Assembly: GCA_002011035.2 (NCBI GenBank)
Contig: MTLY02000002.1
Location: 256,001 to 320,000, forward strand
DNA from: Candidatus Hecatella orcuttiae
Lineage (GTDB): Archaea; Thermoproteota; Bathyarchaeia; Hecatellales; Hecatellaceae
Direction of reading: 5' to 3'
Length of the DNA stretch: 64,000 nt
Part shown: in pieces, positions 27,487 through 36,769 of the stretch
Layout of the letters: each line of letters starts with the position of its first letter
Numbering within the stretch: position 1 is the stretch's first letter
Translations under genes and position numbers: made by a program
The notes under the pieces: generated by a model
What the model was told of the DNA's origin: nothing
Seen by the model: the letters and a program-made list of their open reading frames with translations, nothing else
The model's database searches: none

Positions 27487-29396
27487 CAAAGCCTGAGGGT
27501 TTCCAGGTTTTCCGGGGCTAAGCTTTCTATTTTAAACATTCGCTCGATGGAGTTGGAGAGGCTTAGGCATTTGGATTTCTCGCCGTGGCAGATTATAATT
27601 CTCTGAGGCTTAGGACTGACTCTTTTGATAAAATTCAGAAGCTGGTTTCTGTCGCTGTGCCCTGAAAAGCCTTCGATGGATTCCACCCTCAACCTCACAT
27701 TGACCATTTCCACCTTGCCCTCAGCGTTCATCATGGCTACGTCCTTTAAGCCGTTCTGGATACGTCGGCCTAAGGTGCCGTCGATCTGGTAGCAGACGAA
27801 TATGAGGGTGTTCTTTTCGTCGGAGGCGAGCTGTTTGAAATACTCTAGGATAGGGCCGCCTTCCAGCATGCCTGAGGTGGCCAGAATCACGCAGGGCGGG
27901 CCTTCCATGGCTTCGCTTCTGGAGCTGGCGTGTTTTATGGTTACAAAGTAATCTGACTGGAAGGGGTTAACGTCCTCGTAGAGGATTTTACTCTGCAGTT
28001 CTTTGGAAAGATATTCAGGATAGGCGGTGTGGATGGCTGTAACCTCGTTTATCATGCCGTCGACAAAGATGGGAACCTCAGGGATCATTCCCGCACGCAA
28101 GTACTCGTTTAAAACCAGCATGATTTCCTGAGCCCTTCCCACGGCCAACACAGGTATCAGCACTTTCCCTCCTCTTCGCAGGGTTTCATCCACCACGTTG
28201 GCAAGCTTGCTTTCCACCTCGCCCCGATAGGGCATCACGTCTCCGGGGGCCCCGTAGGTGGACTCCATGATGAGGGTTTCAATCCTGGGGAAAGTCGTCG
28301 CGCTGGCTTCGAGGAGCATGGTGCGTAGAAACTTGAAGTCGCCTGTGTACACGATGTTATGGAGGCCTTCTCCTACGTGAATGTGGATGACCGAGGACCC
28401 CAGTATGTGGCCGGCGTTGTGGAGGGTTAATTTCACATCAGGAGCCACATCGGTGACTACGCCGTATTTGAGGGGAATAGCGTGGAGAACTGTCTCCCGC
28501 ACATCTTTTTGACTGTAGGGCAAGAGGGCGCCTTCCCTCGACAGGACATCCAGATAATCCAGCTGAAGCAGGGACATTAAGCTGAGGGTGGGTTCGGAGC
28601 AGTAAACCGGGCCGTCGTATCCGTACTTGTAGAGGAGGGGAAGCAACCCGCAGTGGTCGAGGTGAGCGTGAGAGATGACCACAGCGTCTAAATTTTCTAG
28701 GTCGAATTCGTTGATGTCAAGCCGGGGGAAGGCATCTTCAGGGTTGGTGGAGGCGGGATTTATTCCGCAGTCTATGAGGATGCTGCTCTCCCGGGTTCTC
28801 AGTATGTAAGCGGATCTGCCCACCTGCCTGCAGCCGCCCAAGGGAGTTAGGAGGACTTCTTGGGTTTTGGAGAAAGTCGGCCTGAAGATTCTTTCCCCCA
28901 CAGACCTCAGGATTCTTTCCCTATCTTTCACCTCTTTGTGCATGTAGTGGCGGATGTGGGCTATGATCTTCGAGGGAATAGGCGGAGTCCTCAGAACCCT
29001 CGGCCTCCATTTGGTAGCTTTGATTATTTCGTGGAGCATGTAGCCGTTTTTGGATATCACAAGGCCTGGTTTCTTGGCTTCGATGATAACTTCGCCCAGC
29101 GAATGGTCGAAGGTTATGCTGGTGATTTCCGCCTCCGGAGGCACGGCGGAGAGGATGAAGCGTTCAGCCTCCTTCTCAGGCATTCGGATGGAGGGGTCTG
29201 AGCGGAGGGTAATCCTCTTTCTGATGAGGTTTACGATGTCCGTTACAATGTAGCTCTGATCTAGAAGGATTTCAGGTTTTTTGGTGTAGATAGCCAGCCG
29301 AGGCCCTTCAAACTCTATTCTGGAAACTTCCGCCTCTTTGGGCACATGCTGTAAGATGACTTGGCGTATCTTAGATTGGATTTCTTCTCTGTTCAA
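27483..29396 (-). CDS. fttA: beta-CASP ribonuclease aCPSF1 (FttA transcription termination factor)
   Basis: N-terminal KH domains, SHAHLDH, AGHILGS, ESTYG, GFSGHSD, HGE. Confidence 0.96.
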   Translation of the reverse strand: MNREEIQSKIRQVILQHVPKEAEVSRIEFEGPRLAIYTKKPEILLDQSYIVTDIVNLIRKRITLRSDPSIRMPEKEAERFILSAVPPEAEITSITFDHSLGEVIIEAKKPGLVISKNGYMLHEIIKATKWRPRVLRTPPIPSKIIAHIRHYMHKEVKDRERILRSVGERIFRPTFSKTQEVLLTPLGGCRQVGRSAYILRTRESSILIDCGINPASTNPEDAFPRLDINEFDLENLDAVVISHAHLDHCGLLPLLYKYGYDGPVYCSEPTLSLMSLLQLDYLDVLSREGALLPYSQKDVRETVLHAIPLKYGVVTDVAPDVKLTLHNAGHILGSSVIHIHVGEGLHNIVYTGDFKFLRTMLLEASATTFPRIETLIMESTYGAPGDVMPYRGEVESKLANVVDETLRRGGKVLIPVLAVGRAQEIMLVLNEYLRAGMIPEVPIFVDGMINEVTAIHTAYPEYLSKELQSKILYEDVNPFQSDYFVTIKHASSRSEAMEGPPCVILATSGMLEGGPILEYFKQLASDEKNTLIFVCYQIDGTLGRRIQNGLKDVAMMNAEGKVEMVNVRLRVESIEGFSGHSDRNQLLNFIKRVSPKPQRIIICHGEKSKCLSLSNSIERMFKIESLAPENLETLRLC

Positions 29397-29429
29397 AACG
29401 CTTCACGGCTTGAGAAAGCTTTGCTCAAA

Positions 29430-30065
29430 CTAAGTGGCAACATATTTGGCCTTTTCTTCTTCGGTGAGCTCCCTATAGCCTGCCTTGTCGATGATGGCCA
29501 CGTCGAAACTGTCTCCGCTGGCGGCATCCCTCTTCATGGCCGCCTTCACAGCCCTCACCACCAGAGGGACGGCTTCCTCCGTGGTTAGGTTCTCCTTGAA
29601 GCCGTCTTCTAATATTCCTAAAGCCACAGGGGAACCTGAACCTGTGGAAAAAAACTTCTCCTCCTCCGTCACACTTCCAAAGGGGTCGAGGGAGAAAATG
29701 TGAGCTCCCTCTGTATCCACACCTGCGACGATGGCTTGGAGGAGTAAGGGGATGTACCTGTTGTAGAACAGGAGGTTGGCAGCCAGCCTTGTGGCTGAGG
29801 CAACAGGCATAGGCCGTTTATGGGTTAGTTTGAAGAGGGCTGCGTTGGCTTTGAGGATGTCGACCACGTTTTGAGCGTCGGCGACAGCTCCTGCAATGGT
29901 CATGGCTAGGTGGTCGTCTATTTTATGGATTTTCTTCCCTTTCTTGTGGGCGATGAAGTATCCTGTGGTAACCCTAGTGTCGGTGGCTAAGGCAACTCCG
30001 TCCTTGCACACTACTCCGACGGTGGTAGTACCCTTGTGAATGCCGGCCCCATACAATCCCTGCAT
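29430..30065 (-). CDS. psmB: Proteasome beta subunit
   Basis: KG/TTTVG autocleavage site, TGSGSP, RDAASG. Confidence 0.96.
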   Translation of the reverse strand: MQGLYGAGIHKGTTTVGVVCKDGVALATDTRVTTGYFIAHKKGKKIHKIDDHLAMTIAGAVADAQNVVDILKANAALFKLTHKRPMPVASATRLAANLLFYNRYIPLLLQAIVAGVDTEGAHIFSLDPFGSVTEEEKFFSTGSGSPVALGILEDGFKENLTTEEAVPLVVRAVKAAMKRDAASGDSFDVAIIDKAGYRELTEEEKAKYVAT

Positions 30066-30201
30066 AGATGAAGCAGCCCCTAAAAGGTGGCAAAAAGGCT
30101 TCTGAAAATCGGTTAACGATACTCTCGCCTAACTTAAAAATGTTTCTGAATAACGGTTAAAGAACACGCAAGATAGTTTGTAAAAAACAACACCGAAAAA
30201 T

Positions 30202-30714
30202 ATGATGTCCTCTTTGATCACCTTATCACCTTCCAGGATGAAGGAGACGAATTCAACGGTGAAGAAAATTTTCACGTTTCTTTCCCTCAACAACGCCAAA
30301 GAGGGGTACACCTTCCTCTACGAAGGAAAACCTAAAGTCTGTGAAGACTGCGAGTACGTCAAAGTCTGCCATGAAAACTTAACCCCCCATACCGCCTACA
30401 CCGTCGCAAGTGTGAAGGAAAAACAGGTAAGCTGCCAGGTTTTCGAAGGAGACGCTCGCCTGGTGGAGGTTCAGCCGGCAGAGGTGGAGGGCGCTGTGGA
30501 AGTTCATCTTGCCATTCCCGGCGCGCTCATAAGGTTTAATCCTCAACCTTGCAGCCGGCTTCACTGCGAAAAATTCAACCTCTGCGTCCCCAACGCCTTG
30601 GTGGAGGGAGCCGCCTGCAGGGTGATGGAGCTCCGTGAGAGATTCGTCTGCCCTAGGACGGGGGTGCAGCTTCAGGTTTCTCTTCTTTCCCAGCGGGTTG
30701 AGGAGGAGCCTTAG
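30202..30714 (+). CDS. UPF0179-family protein (start possibly GTG 30259)
   Basis: AKEGYTF.Y.G...CEDC...C and C-terminal Cys cluster. Confidence 0.8.
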   Translation: MMSSLITLSPSRMKETNSTVKKIFTFLSLNNAKEGYTFLYEGKPKVCEDCEYVKVCHENLTPHTAYTVASVKEKQVSCQVFEGDARLVEVQPAEVEGAVEVHLAIPGALIRFNPQPCSRLHCEKFNLCVPNALVEGAACRVMELRERFVCPRTGVQLQVSLLSQRVEEEP

Positions 30715-31402
30715 CCTCTTTCCGCCGGTGTCTTTCGATGAACGTCACCGTCTCCACCGAGGGCAGAAACTTCATGAAGTCGGCGGCGAGTCCTCTCTTT
30801 GCCAGCTGGAGGCCTTCCAGGGCGAAGCTTTCCTCGGGAAGAGTGACGGTGACAGCTTTCTCGGAAATCTCCAGTTCAAACAGGTCTACGTTCACGGGGG
30901 GAATTCTCCGGTGGAGAAGGGCCTTCGCCTTTTCCAGAGGAGACTGGAGAACCTGTTTGACCTCCACTTCGTAGATGAGGGTTCGGCCGGCCAGGGGGGG
31001 ATTGAAATCCACCTGCACTCTCCCCGCGCCTACGCTTCGAATGGTCGCTAGTTTTCCGTCTACTTCGACTTCCATCCCGGGGGAGGGGGAAATATTTTGG
31101 TCTTTAAACTTCTTGAGGGGTATCAGCTTGATTTTCCCCGGGTCCCTGAGCCCGAAGGCTCTTTCCGGGGGGATTTCCACTACGGTCTTTTGCCCCACTT
31201 CCAAGCCGGGAAGTTTTTCGTCCAGCCCCCTCAGAACCCAGCCTTCCCCGACGACCACCAGCATGGGCTCGTAGAGGGTGTTTTCCCTGTAGATTTTCGC
31301 CTCTTTGGCCACTTCTTGGAGGCTGGTGTCGAAGACCGTGTCGGTTTCTTTCACTTTAGCCGTGTAGTCGAGAAGGATGAAATCTCCTTTTTCGATAGGC
31401 AT
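30653..31402 (-). CDS. FKBP-type peptidyl-prolyl isomerase (long archaeal type); probable ATG start at 31402
   Basis: GDFILLDYT, FDTS, PPERAFG, VDFNPPLAGRTL. Confidence 0.9.
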   Translation of the reverse strand: MPIEKGDFILLDYTAKVKETDTVFDTSLQEVAKEAKIYRENTLYEPMLVVVGEGWVLRGLDEKLPGLEVGQKTVVEIPPERAFGLRDPGKIKLIPLKKFKDQNISPSPGMEVEVDGKLATIRSVGAGRVQVDFNPPLAGRTLIYEVEVKQVLQSPLEKAKALLHRRIPPVNVDLFELEISEKAVTVTLPEESFALEGLQLAKRGLAADFMKFLPSVETVTFIERHRRKEAKAPPQPAGKEEKPEAAPPS

Positions 31403-31537
31403 GGCAGCTCCCTTTTGAAACTTACCAATATGGGGGGTGGAGGTCTTTAACTTTTTTCCTTCATAGTCAATAAAGGTCTTTATAGTCTTCATAGATAACT
31501 TTAATTTCACACATCCTCATCCTAAATCCGAACAGCC

Positions 31538-32443
31538 ATGAAAACCGCTACAGCCTTCGCCCCAGCCCACATCACAGGACTCTTCACAGTGGAAGGACAT
31601 CGCTGCCCGGAGATGAGAGGGTCCAGAGGCGTAGGCGTCAGCCTAGGAAAAGGCGTTCACACCACGGTGTACGCGGAGAAAAGCCCCCGGTGGAAGACAC
31701 AGTTTAGGCTCAACGGCAGACCGGCTGAAGCTGAGGTTTCTAAGGCAACGGTGGAAGAGTTCAAACCGTTTGCCCCGCCCCACGAGGTCACCGTAGACCA
31801 CCGGGTGGAGGTTCCCATAGGAGCGGGCTATGGGTCCAGCGGTGCAGGCGCCCTGAGCTTAGCCTTAGCTTTGAACGAAGCCTTGAATGCAGGGCTTTCC
31901 TCCGCCGAGGCCGCGCAGCTCGCCCACGTGGCGGAAGTGAAGTGCGGAACCGGGTTGGGAACGGTGCTCGCGGAAACTTGCGGCGGCTTGGGGTTGAGGG
32001 TGAGGGCGGGAGCCCCGGGAATAGGGCTATGCAGGAGGCTGCCTGCCTCCCGCGGAAAAGTTGTTTCCATCTACTGGAAGCCTCTTTCCACCCGGAGTTT
32101 TCTGAAAGACCCTCTGGTTCTAAAAAAGATTAGTAGGGAAGGAAACAGGCTTCTTCACCGCTTTATGGAAAAACCTACCGTGGAGGGTTTTCTAAGCTGC
32201 TCCAGAGAATTTGCGGACAGGATTTCCCTTTTCACCGGAACCCCCATGCAGGAGTTCATGAAAAAACTGGAGGGGGAAGGTTTTCCCCTTTTCACCGTGA
32301 ACATGTTCGGCTGGGCTCTTTTCACACTGGTGACTCCTGAGCAGCTTCCTGAGCTTCTGAGCTGCCTTCACAGCCCGAAATTCTTAGGTGGGCGTGTGCT
32401 CGTAGCCGACATCGACGGAGAGGGGGCTCGGCTGCTTGGTTGA
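31538..32443 (+). CDS. pok: Pantoate kinase (GHMP family)
   Basis: AFAPAHITG, GSRGVG, PIGAGYGSSGAGAL, AHVAEV..GTGLGTV. Confidence 0.92.
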   Translation: MKTATAFAPAHITGLFTVEGHRCPEMRGSRGVGVSLGKGVHTTVYAEKSPRWKTQFRLNGRPAEAEVSKATVEEFKPFAPPHEVTVDHRVEVPIGAGYGSSGAGALSLALALNEALNAGLSSAEAAQLAHVAEVKCGTGLGTVLAETCGGLGLRVRAGAPGIGLCRRLPASRGKVVSIYWKPLSTRSFLKDPLVLKKISREGNRLLHRFMEKPTVEGFLSCSREFADRISLFTGTPMQEFMKKLEGEGFPLFTVNMFGWALFTLVTPEQLPELLSCLHSPKFLGGRVLVADIDGEGARLLG

Positions 32444-33242
32444 AGGTTTCATTCCCCCCAGCCACCCCCGAGCTGAATCTTTGAGAGTTAGAGAAAAACT
32501 CGTCTCCGCTTACAGGCAGGGAATCGTCGTGGAGGAAGGCCTCATCGCCCACGGCCGGGGGGAATGCTTCGACTACATTTTGGGCGAAAAAACTCAGCCT
32601 TTCGCCTTGGAGGCTGAGAAGACAGCGGCGGCAGCGTTGCTTCTGGCTCAGCATCCGGTCATCTCTGTCAACGGAAACGCCGCCGCCCTCTGCGCCGGGG
32701 GGCTGGTGGAGTTGGCGAAGCTGGTGGGAGCGAAGATCGAGGTGAACCTTTTCCACTGGTCTGAGAAGAGGGAGAGACTCATCGTGCAGCTCCTCAAGGC
32801 TGAGGGAGCGGAGGAAGTTTTGGGCTTAGGCTCAGAGGGGGAAGCAGTCATCCCAGAGCTTCAAAGCTGGAGGGGGAAAGTTAACCCCCGAGGCATCTTC
32901 AAGGCGGACACCGTGTTTTTGGCTGTCGAAGACGGAGACAGGACCGCGGCTTTGAGGAACATGGGTAAGAGGGTTATTGCCGTGGATTTGAATCCCTTCT
33001 CGAGAACAGCCCTTGCAGCTTCCATCACCATCGTCGACAACCTCCTCCGCGCCGTGCCTAACTTGAGGGCGGCGGCTGAAGCCTTGAAGCACGAGGGGCG
33101 AGAGAAGCTTGAAAAAATCGTGGAGAACTACAGCAACCCTGAAAACCTGCGGGAGGCTGTTGATTTCATCAACACCAGGCTTCGCTCCCTCGAATTTGGA
33201 AAGTTTGAACATCAACCCCAAACCGGAGAAGGGACGCCTTGA
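32436..33242 (+). CDS. pps: 4-phosphopantoate--beta-alanine ligase
   Basis: HPRAESL, GLIAHGRGECFDY, SVNGN, EDGDR, DLNPFSRT. Confidence 0.95.
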   Translation: MVEGFIPPSHPRAESLRVREKLVSAYRQGIVVEEGLIAHGRGECFDYILGEKTQPFALEAEKTAAAALLLAQHPVISVNGNAAALCAGGLVELAKLVGAKIEVNLFHWSEKRERLIVQLLKAEGAEEVLGLGSEGEAVIPELQSWRGKVNPRGIFKADTVFLAVEDGDRTAALRNMGKRVIAVDLNPFSRTALAASITIVDNLLRAVPNLRAAAEALKHEGREKLEKIVENYSNPENLREAVDFINTRLRSLEFGKFEHQPQTGEGTP

Positions 33243-34546
33243 AGACTGGAGAAGCCCCTAAGCTTCAACTGGCCTTGGACTTCACCGACCTCCACCGCGC
33301 TCTCCCAGTGGCTGAGGAGGCGGTTGAGGCAGGGGTGGACTGGATAGAGGTGGGCACCCCTCTTATCAAGGGTGAAGGCCTCGATGCTGTGAGAGAGATC
33401 AGGCGGAGGTTTCCCGGCCGCGTTGTTTTGGCTGACATGAAGACGGTGGACACAGGGGCCGTGGAGGTGGAGATGGCGGCGAAGGCGGGGGCCGACGTGG
33501 TGATTCTTCTCGGCCTCGCCGACGACAGCACGGTGAGGGAGGCAGTAGAGGCTGGGAGAAGGTATGGAGCTCGAATCATGGTCGACCTTCTGGGGGTTGA
33601 CGCCATGGCGTCCCGGGCGGTGGAGTTGGAGAAACTGGGAGTCGCCTACGTCTGCGTCCACGTGGGCATCGACCAGCAGATGCGGGGGTTAAAGCCCCTA
33701 GAAGCCCTCAGGGAAGTGGTGAAAGCGGTGAGGGTTCCTGTGGCCGTGGCCGGCGGGATCAACAGCGAAACCGCGGGTTTAGCCGTAAAAGCCGGGGCCA
33801 GCATCGTCGTGATAGGCGGAGCCATCACTAAGGCTGAAGATGTCAAGGCTGCGGTAAAGACCATCAAGAAAGCCATGGGTTTGAGGAAATCCATAGCCAC
33901 GAGGCTTTACAAGAAATACGAGAGGGAGGAAGAACTTCAGAAAGTTTTCGCTGAGATTTCAACCCCAAACCTCTCCGACGCCCTGCAGAGGATGGAGGAA
34001 ATGAGGGGAATCAAGCCTGTCACCTCCGGAGTTAAGGCGGTGGGGAAGGCTTTGACGGTGAGAACTTACCCGGGAGACTGGGCGAAGCCGGTGGAGGCTG
34101 TAGACCTCGCCTCCCCAGGGGAAGTGTTGGTCATCGACGCGGGGGGCGGAGAGAAAGCCGTGTGGGGAGAGCTGGCCACTTGGAGCAGCATTCAGAGAAA
34201 GCTCGGCGGGGTGGTCATCGACGGCGGGATAAGAGACGTGGAAGTCGTTCGGAAGCTCAGGTTTCCCGCCTTCGCCAGGCATGTGACCCCCACCGCCGGG
34301 GAGCCCAAAGGATTCGGGGAAATCAACGTGGAAATCCGCTGCGGTGGAGTGAAGGTGCGGCCTGGGGATTGGATTGTGGCCGATGACAATGGGGTTCTGG
34401 TCGTCCCGAGGGAGATGGCTGTGGAGGCCGCCAACAGGGGGAAAGATATTTTCGAAAAAGAGCAGAGGGTGAGGGCTGAAATCAGAAGAGGAAGCACTCT
34501 CTCCAAGGTTTTGAAGCTGAGAAAGTGGGAGAAAATTCTAGGCTAG
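33239..34546 (+). CDS. Fusion of 3-hexulose-6-phosphate synthase and RraA/HMG-aldolase domain
   Basis: HPS motifs LQLALD, EVGTPLIK, ADMKTVDTG, HVGIDQQ, AVAGGI; RraA motifs STPNLSDA, WGEL, DGGIRD, PGDWIVADDNGV. Confidence 0.92.
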   Translation: MKTGEAPKLQLALDFTDLHRALPVAEEAVEAGVDWIEVGTPLIKGEGLDAVREIRRRFPGRVVLADMKTVDTGAVEVEMAAKAGADVVILLGLADDSTVREAVEAGRRYGARIMVDLLGVDAMASRAVELEKLGVAYVCVHVGIDQQMRGLKPLEALREVVKAVRVPVAVAGGINSETAGLAVKAGASIVVIGGAITKAEDVKAAVKTIKKAMGLRKSIATRLYKKYEREEELQKVFAEISTPNLSDALQRMEEMRGIKPVTSGVKAVGKALTVRTYPGDWAKPVEAVDLASPGEVLVIDAGGGEKAVWGELATWSSIQRKLGGVVIDGGIRDVEVVRKLRFPAFARHVTPTAGEPKGFGEINVEIRCGGVKVRPGDWIVADDNGVLVVPREMAVEAANRGKDIFEKEQRVRAEIRRGSTLSKVLKLRKWEKILG

Positions 34547-35503
34547 GTGGGAGAGGGGATTAAAACGAGGGTCGCCATCATGGGAGCTGGAGCCATAGGC
34601 AGCCTCTTCGGCAGCTTGCTGGCGGAGGCGGGAAACGAGGTTTACCTCATCGGCAGAGCCAGCCTCATGGAAGCTGTCAGACAGAGGGGGCTGTGGCTGA
34701 GGGGAATAACGGCGAAACATGTTCTAAGCCTTCACGCAGAAGATTCCCCCCAAAACCTGAGAAGCCAAGCTTTCGACGTGGTTTTTCTGACGGTGAAAGC
34801 CTACGACACCCAGGAGGCATGCTCCCAGCTTAAACCCATCCTAGATGGAGGAACGCCTGTGCTATGCCTCCAAAATGGAATAGGAGTGGAGGAGAAGGCT
34901 GCGAAGGCTTTGGGGAGAAGAAGCCTGTTGAGGGGTGTGACCTTCTGCGGAGCCTTCTTGGAGGCCCCCGGCTCCGTCCGGTTTACAGGCCGGGGGGAAA
35001 CAGTCTTAGGGCTGCCTTTCAAGGAAACCGACGGTCGTCTCCTAGAGAAAGCTTGGCTGGCGGCAGAAGCCCTCAACGCAGCTGGGCTGCCTGCGAGGGT
35101 GGAGAAAAAAATCGAGGGCGCTGTGTGGATGAAGACCCTGATAAACGCTGGAATAAACCCCTACGGAGCTCTGACGGGTTTAAGAAACGGGGAGCTTCTG
35201 GAGGTGGGAGAAATGGGAGAGCTCATGGCTGAAACCGTGGAGGAAGGAACTCGCGTCGCCTGCCGGCTGGGGGTGGCCCTCCCCGGCGACCCGGTGGAGG
35301 AGATGTTTAGGACTGTGAAGGCCACGGCTGGGAACTTCAACTCCATGCTTCAGGACGTTAGGAGGGGGAAGCCCACGGAGATCGACTACCTCAACGGGGC
35401 GGTGGCCAAGCTGGGTTTCAAGGCTTCGGTTCCCGCTCCCTTAAACAGGCTGCTGACTGTGCTGGTGAAAAGCTTGGAAAGAAGGGGGAAGCCTACTTGT
35501 TAA
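34547..35503 (+). CDS. panE: Ketopantoate reductase
   Basis: GAGAIGS, VKAYD, LQNGIG, W.KTLINAGIN, SMLQD, TEIDYLNG. Confidence 0.94.
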   Translation: MGEGIKTRVAIMGAGAIGSLFGSLLAEAGNEVYLIGRASLMEAVRQRGLWLRGITAKHVLSLHAEDSPQNLRSQAFDVVFLTVKAYDTQEACSQLKPILDGGTPVLCLQNGIGVEEKAAKALGRRSLLRGVTFCGAFLEAPGSVRFTGRGETVLGLPFKETDGRLLEKAWLAAEALNAAGLPARVEKKIEGAVWMKTLINAGINPYGALTGLRNGELLEVGEMGELMAETVEEGTRVACRLGVALPGDPVEEMFRTVKATAGNFNSMLQDVRRGKPTEIDYLNGAVAKLGFKASVPAPLNRLLTVLVKSLERRGKPTC

Positions 35504-36762
35504 CCGGCCATCCGTCCAAAGCCATCATAGGAACCGCCGGCAGGCAGCTGGAGGGAAAGCGGATAGTCTTAGGCGTCACCGGGAGCATCGCCGCCCTCCG
35601 TGCCCCCGAGGTTGCCCGAGAGCTCATGAGGAGGGGGGCGGAGGTCTACGCAGTCATGACTTCTGACGCTCAGAAGATCATTCATCCCTATGCCTTGGAA
35701 TGGGCCACGGGAAACCCTGTGGTAACCGAGATCACCGGGAAAATCGAATACGTGGCCGCGGCTGGGGGGGAGGGCATGGCTCCCGTGGACCTGGTGCTCG
35801 TCGCCCCTGTCACAGCTAACACCCTAGCCAAGATAGCCTGGGGCATCAGCGACACCCCGGTCACCGCCTATGTTTCCGCAGCCCTAGGGGCCCATATCCC
35901 CGTCGTCCTCGCCCCCGCCATGCACCGCTGCCTATGGGACAGTCCCGCTGCCTCTGAAAACCTCAGTCGACTTAGGGCCTTAGGCCTCACCATCGTGGAA
36001 CCTGAGCTGACGGAGGGGAAAGCCAAACTGGTGGAGGTGGAAGAACTGGTGGAGGCGGTGATTCGAAGGCTAACTCTGCCTACCATGGCTGAGATGAACG
36101 TCCTAGTAACAGCCGGGCCGACGGTGGAGTATCTTGACCCCATCCGGGTTCTGACCAACCGAAGCTCGGGAAGAATGGGCGTGGCCCTAGCCCGGGAAGC
36201 CCTCCGGCGGGGTGCTCAGGTTACCTTGGTCTACGGTCCCGGCACCGCCAAGCCTCCCTCAGGAGCGAAGGTGATCCGGGTTGAGACTTCCGACCAAATG
36301 CGGGAGACGGTGGTTTCCCAGCTTCGGAGAGGAAACTGCCATGTCTTCTTTGCAGCGGCAGCGGTCTCCGACTTCACCCCCCTCCAGCCTTCAAGCCGGA
36401 AGCTTTCCACCGCCCAAACCCCTGAGCTCACGGTGAGGCTGAGGGCGACGGAGAAGCTTGTGGAGGAAGTCAAAAGGCTCAGCCCCCAAACTTTTTTGGT
36501 GATCTTCAAAGCCGAATACCAAGTGCCTGAAGAGGAGCTGGCGGCTAAGGCTGAGGAGCGGATGAAGCAAACGGAAGCCGACCTGGTGGTGGCCAACGAC
36601 GTGGGGAGGAAGGGCGCTGAGTTCGGCTCCAAAACCACCGAAGCCCTCATCCTGGATAAAGCCGGAGAAAGGGTAAAGGTTCCCCTCTCTCGGAAAGAAG
36701 ATGTGGCAGCGAAAATCTTAGACTTGGTACAGGAAAAACTGAAAACCCGGAAGCCCGAATAG
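35497..36762 (+). CDS. coaBC: Bifunctional phosphopantothenoylcysteine synthetase/decarboxylase
   Basis: GVTGSIAA, PVTANTLAK, PAMH, TAGPT.E..DPIR..TNRSSGRMG, AAVSDF, VVAND. Confidence 0.95.
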   Translation: MLTGHPSKAIIGTAGRQLEGKRIVLGVTGSIAALRAPEVARELMRRGAEVYAVMTSDAQKIIHPYALEWATGNPVVTEITGKIEYVAAAGGEGMAPVDLVLVAPVTANTLAKIAWGISDTPVTAYVSAALGAHIPVVLAPAMHRCLWDSPAASENLSRLRALGLTIVEPELTEGKAKLVEVEELVEAVIRRLTLPTMAEMNVLVTAGPTVEYLDPIRVLTNRSSGRMGVALAREALRRGAQVTLVYGPGTAKPPSGAKVIRVETSDQMRETVVSQLRRGNCHVFFAAAAVSDFTPLQPSSRKLSTAQTPELTVRLRATEKLVEEVKRLSPQTFLVIFKAEYQVPEEELAAKAEERMKQTEADLVVANDVGRKGAEFGSKTTEALILDKAGERVKVPLSRKEDVAAKILDLVQEKLKTRKPE

Positions 36763-36769
36763 CGCAGCC

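Noticed and set aside
31403-31510. N-terminal extension of the FKBP ORF
   Set aside because: Runs through the AT-rich divergent promoter; SD-preceded ATG at 31402 fits the family start. Similar extensions of pth2 (16257) and GT2 (23666) were trimmed
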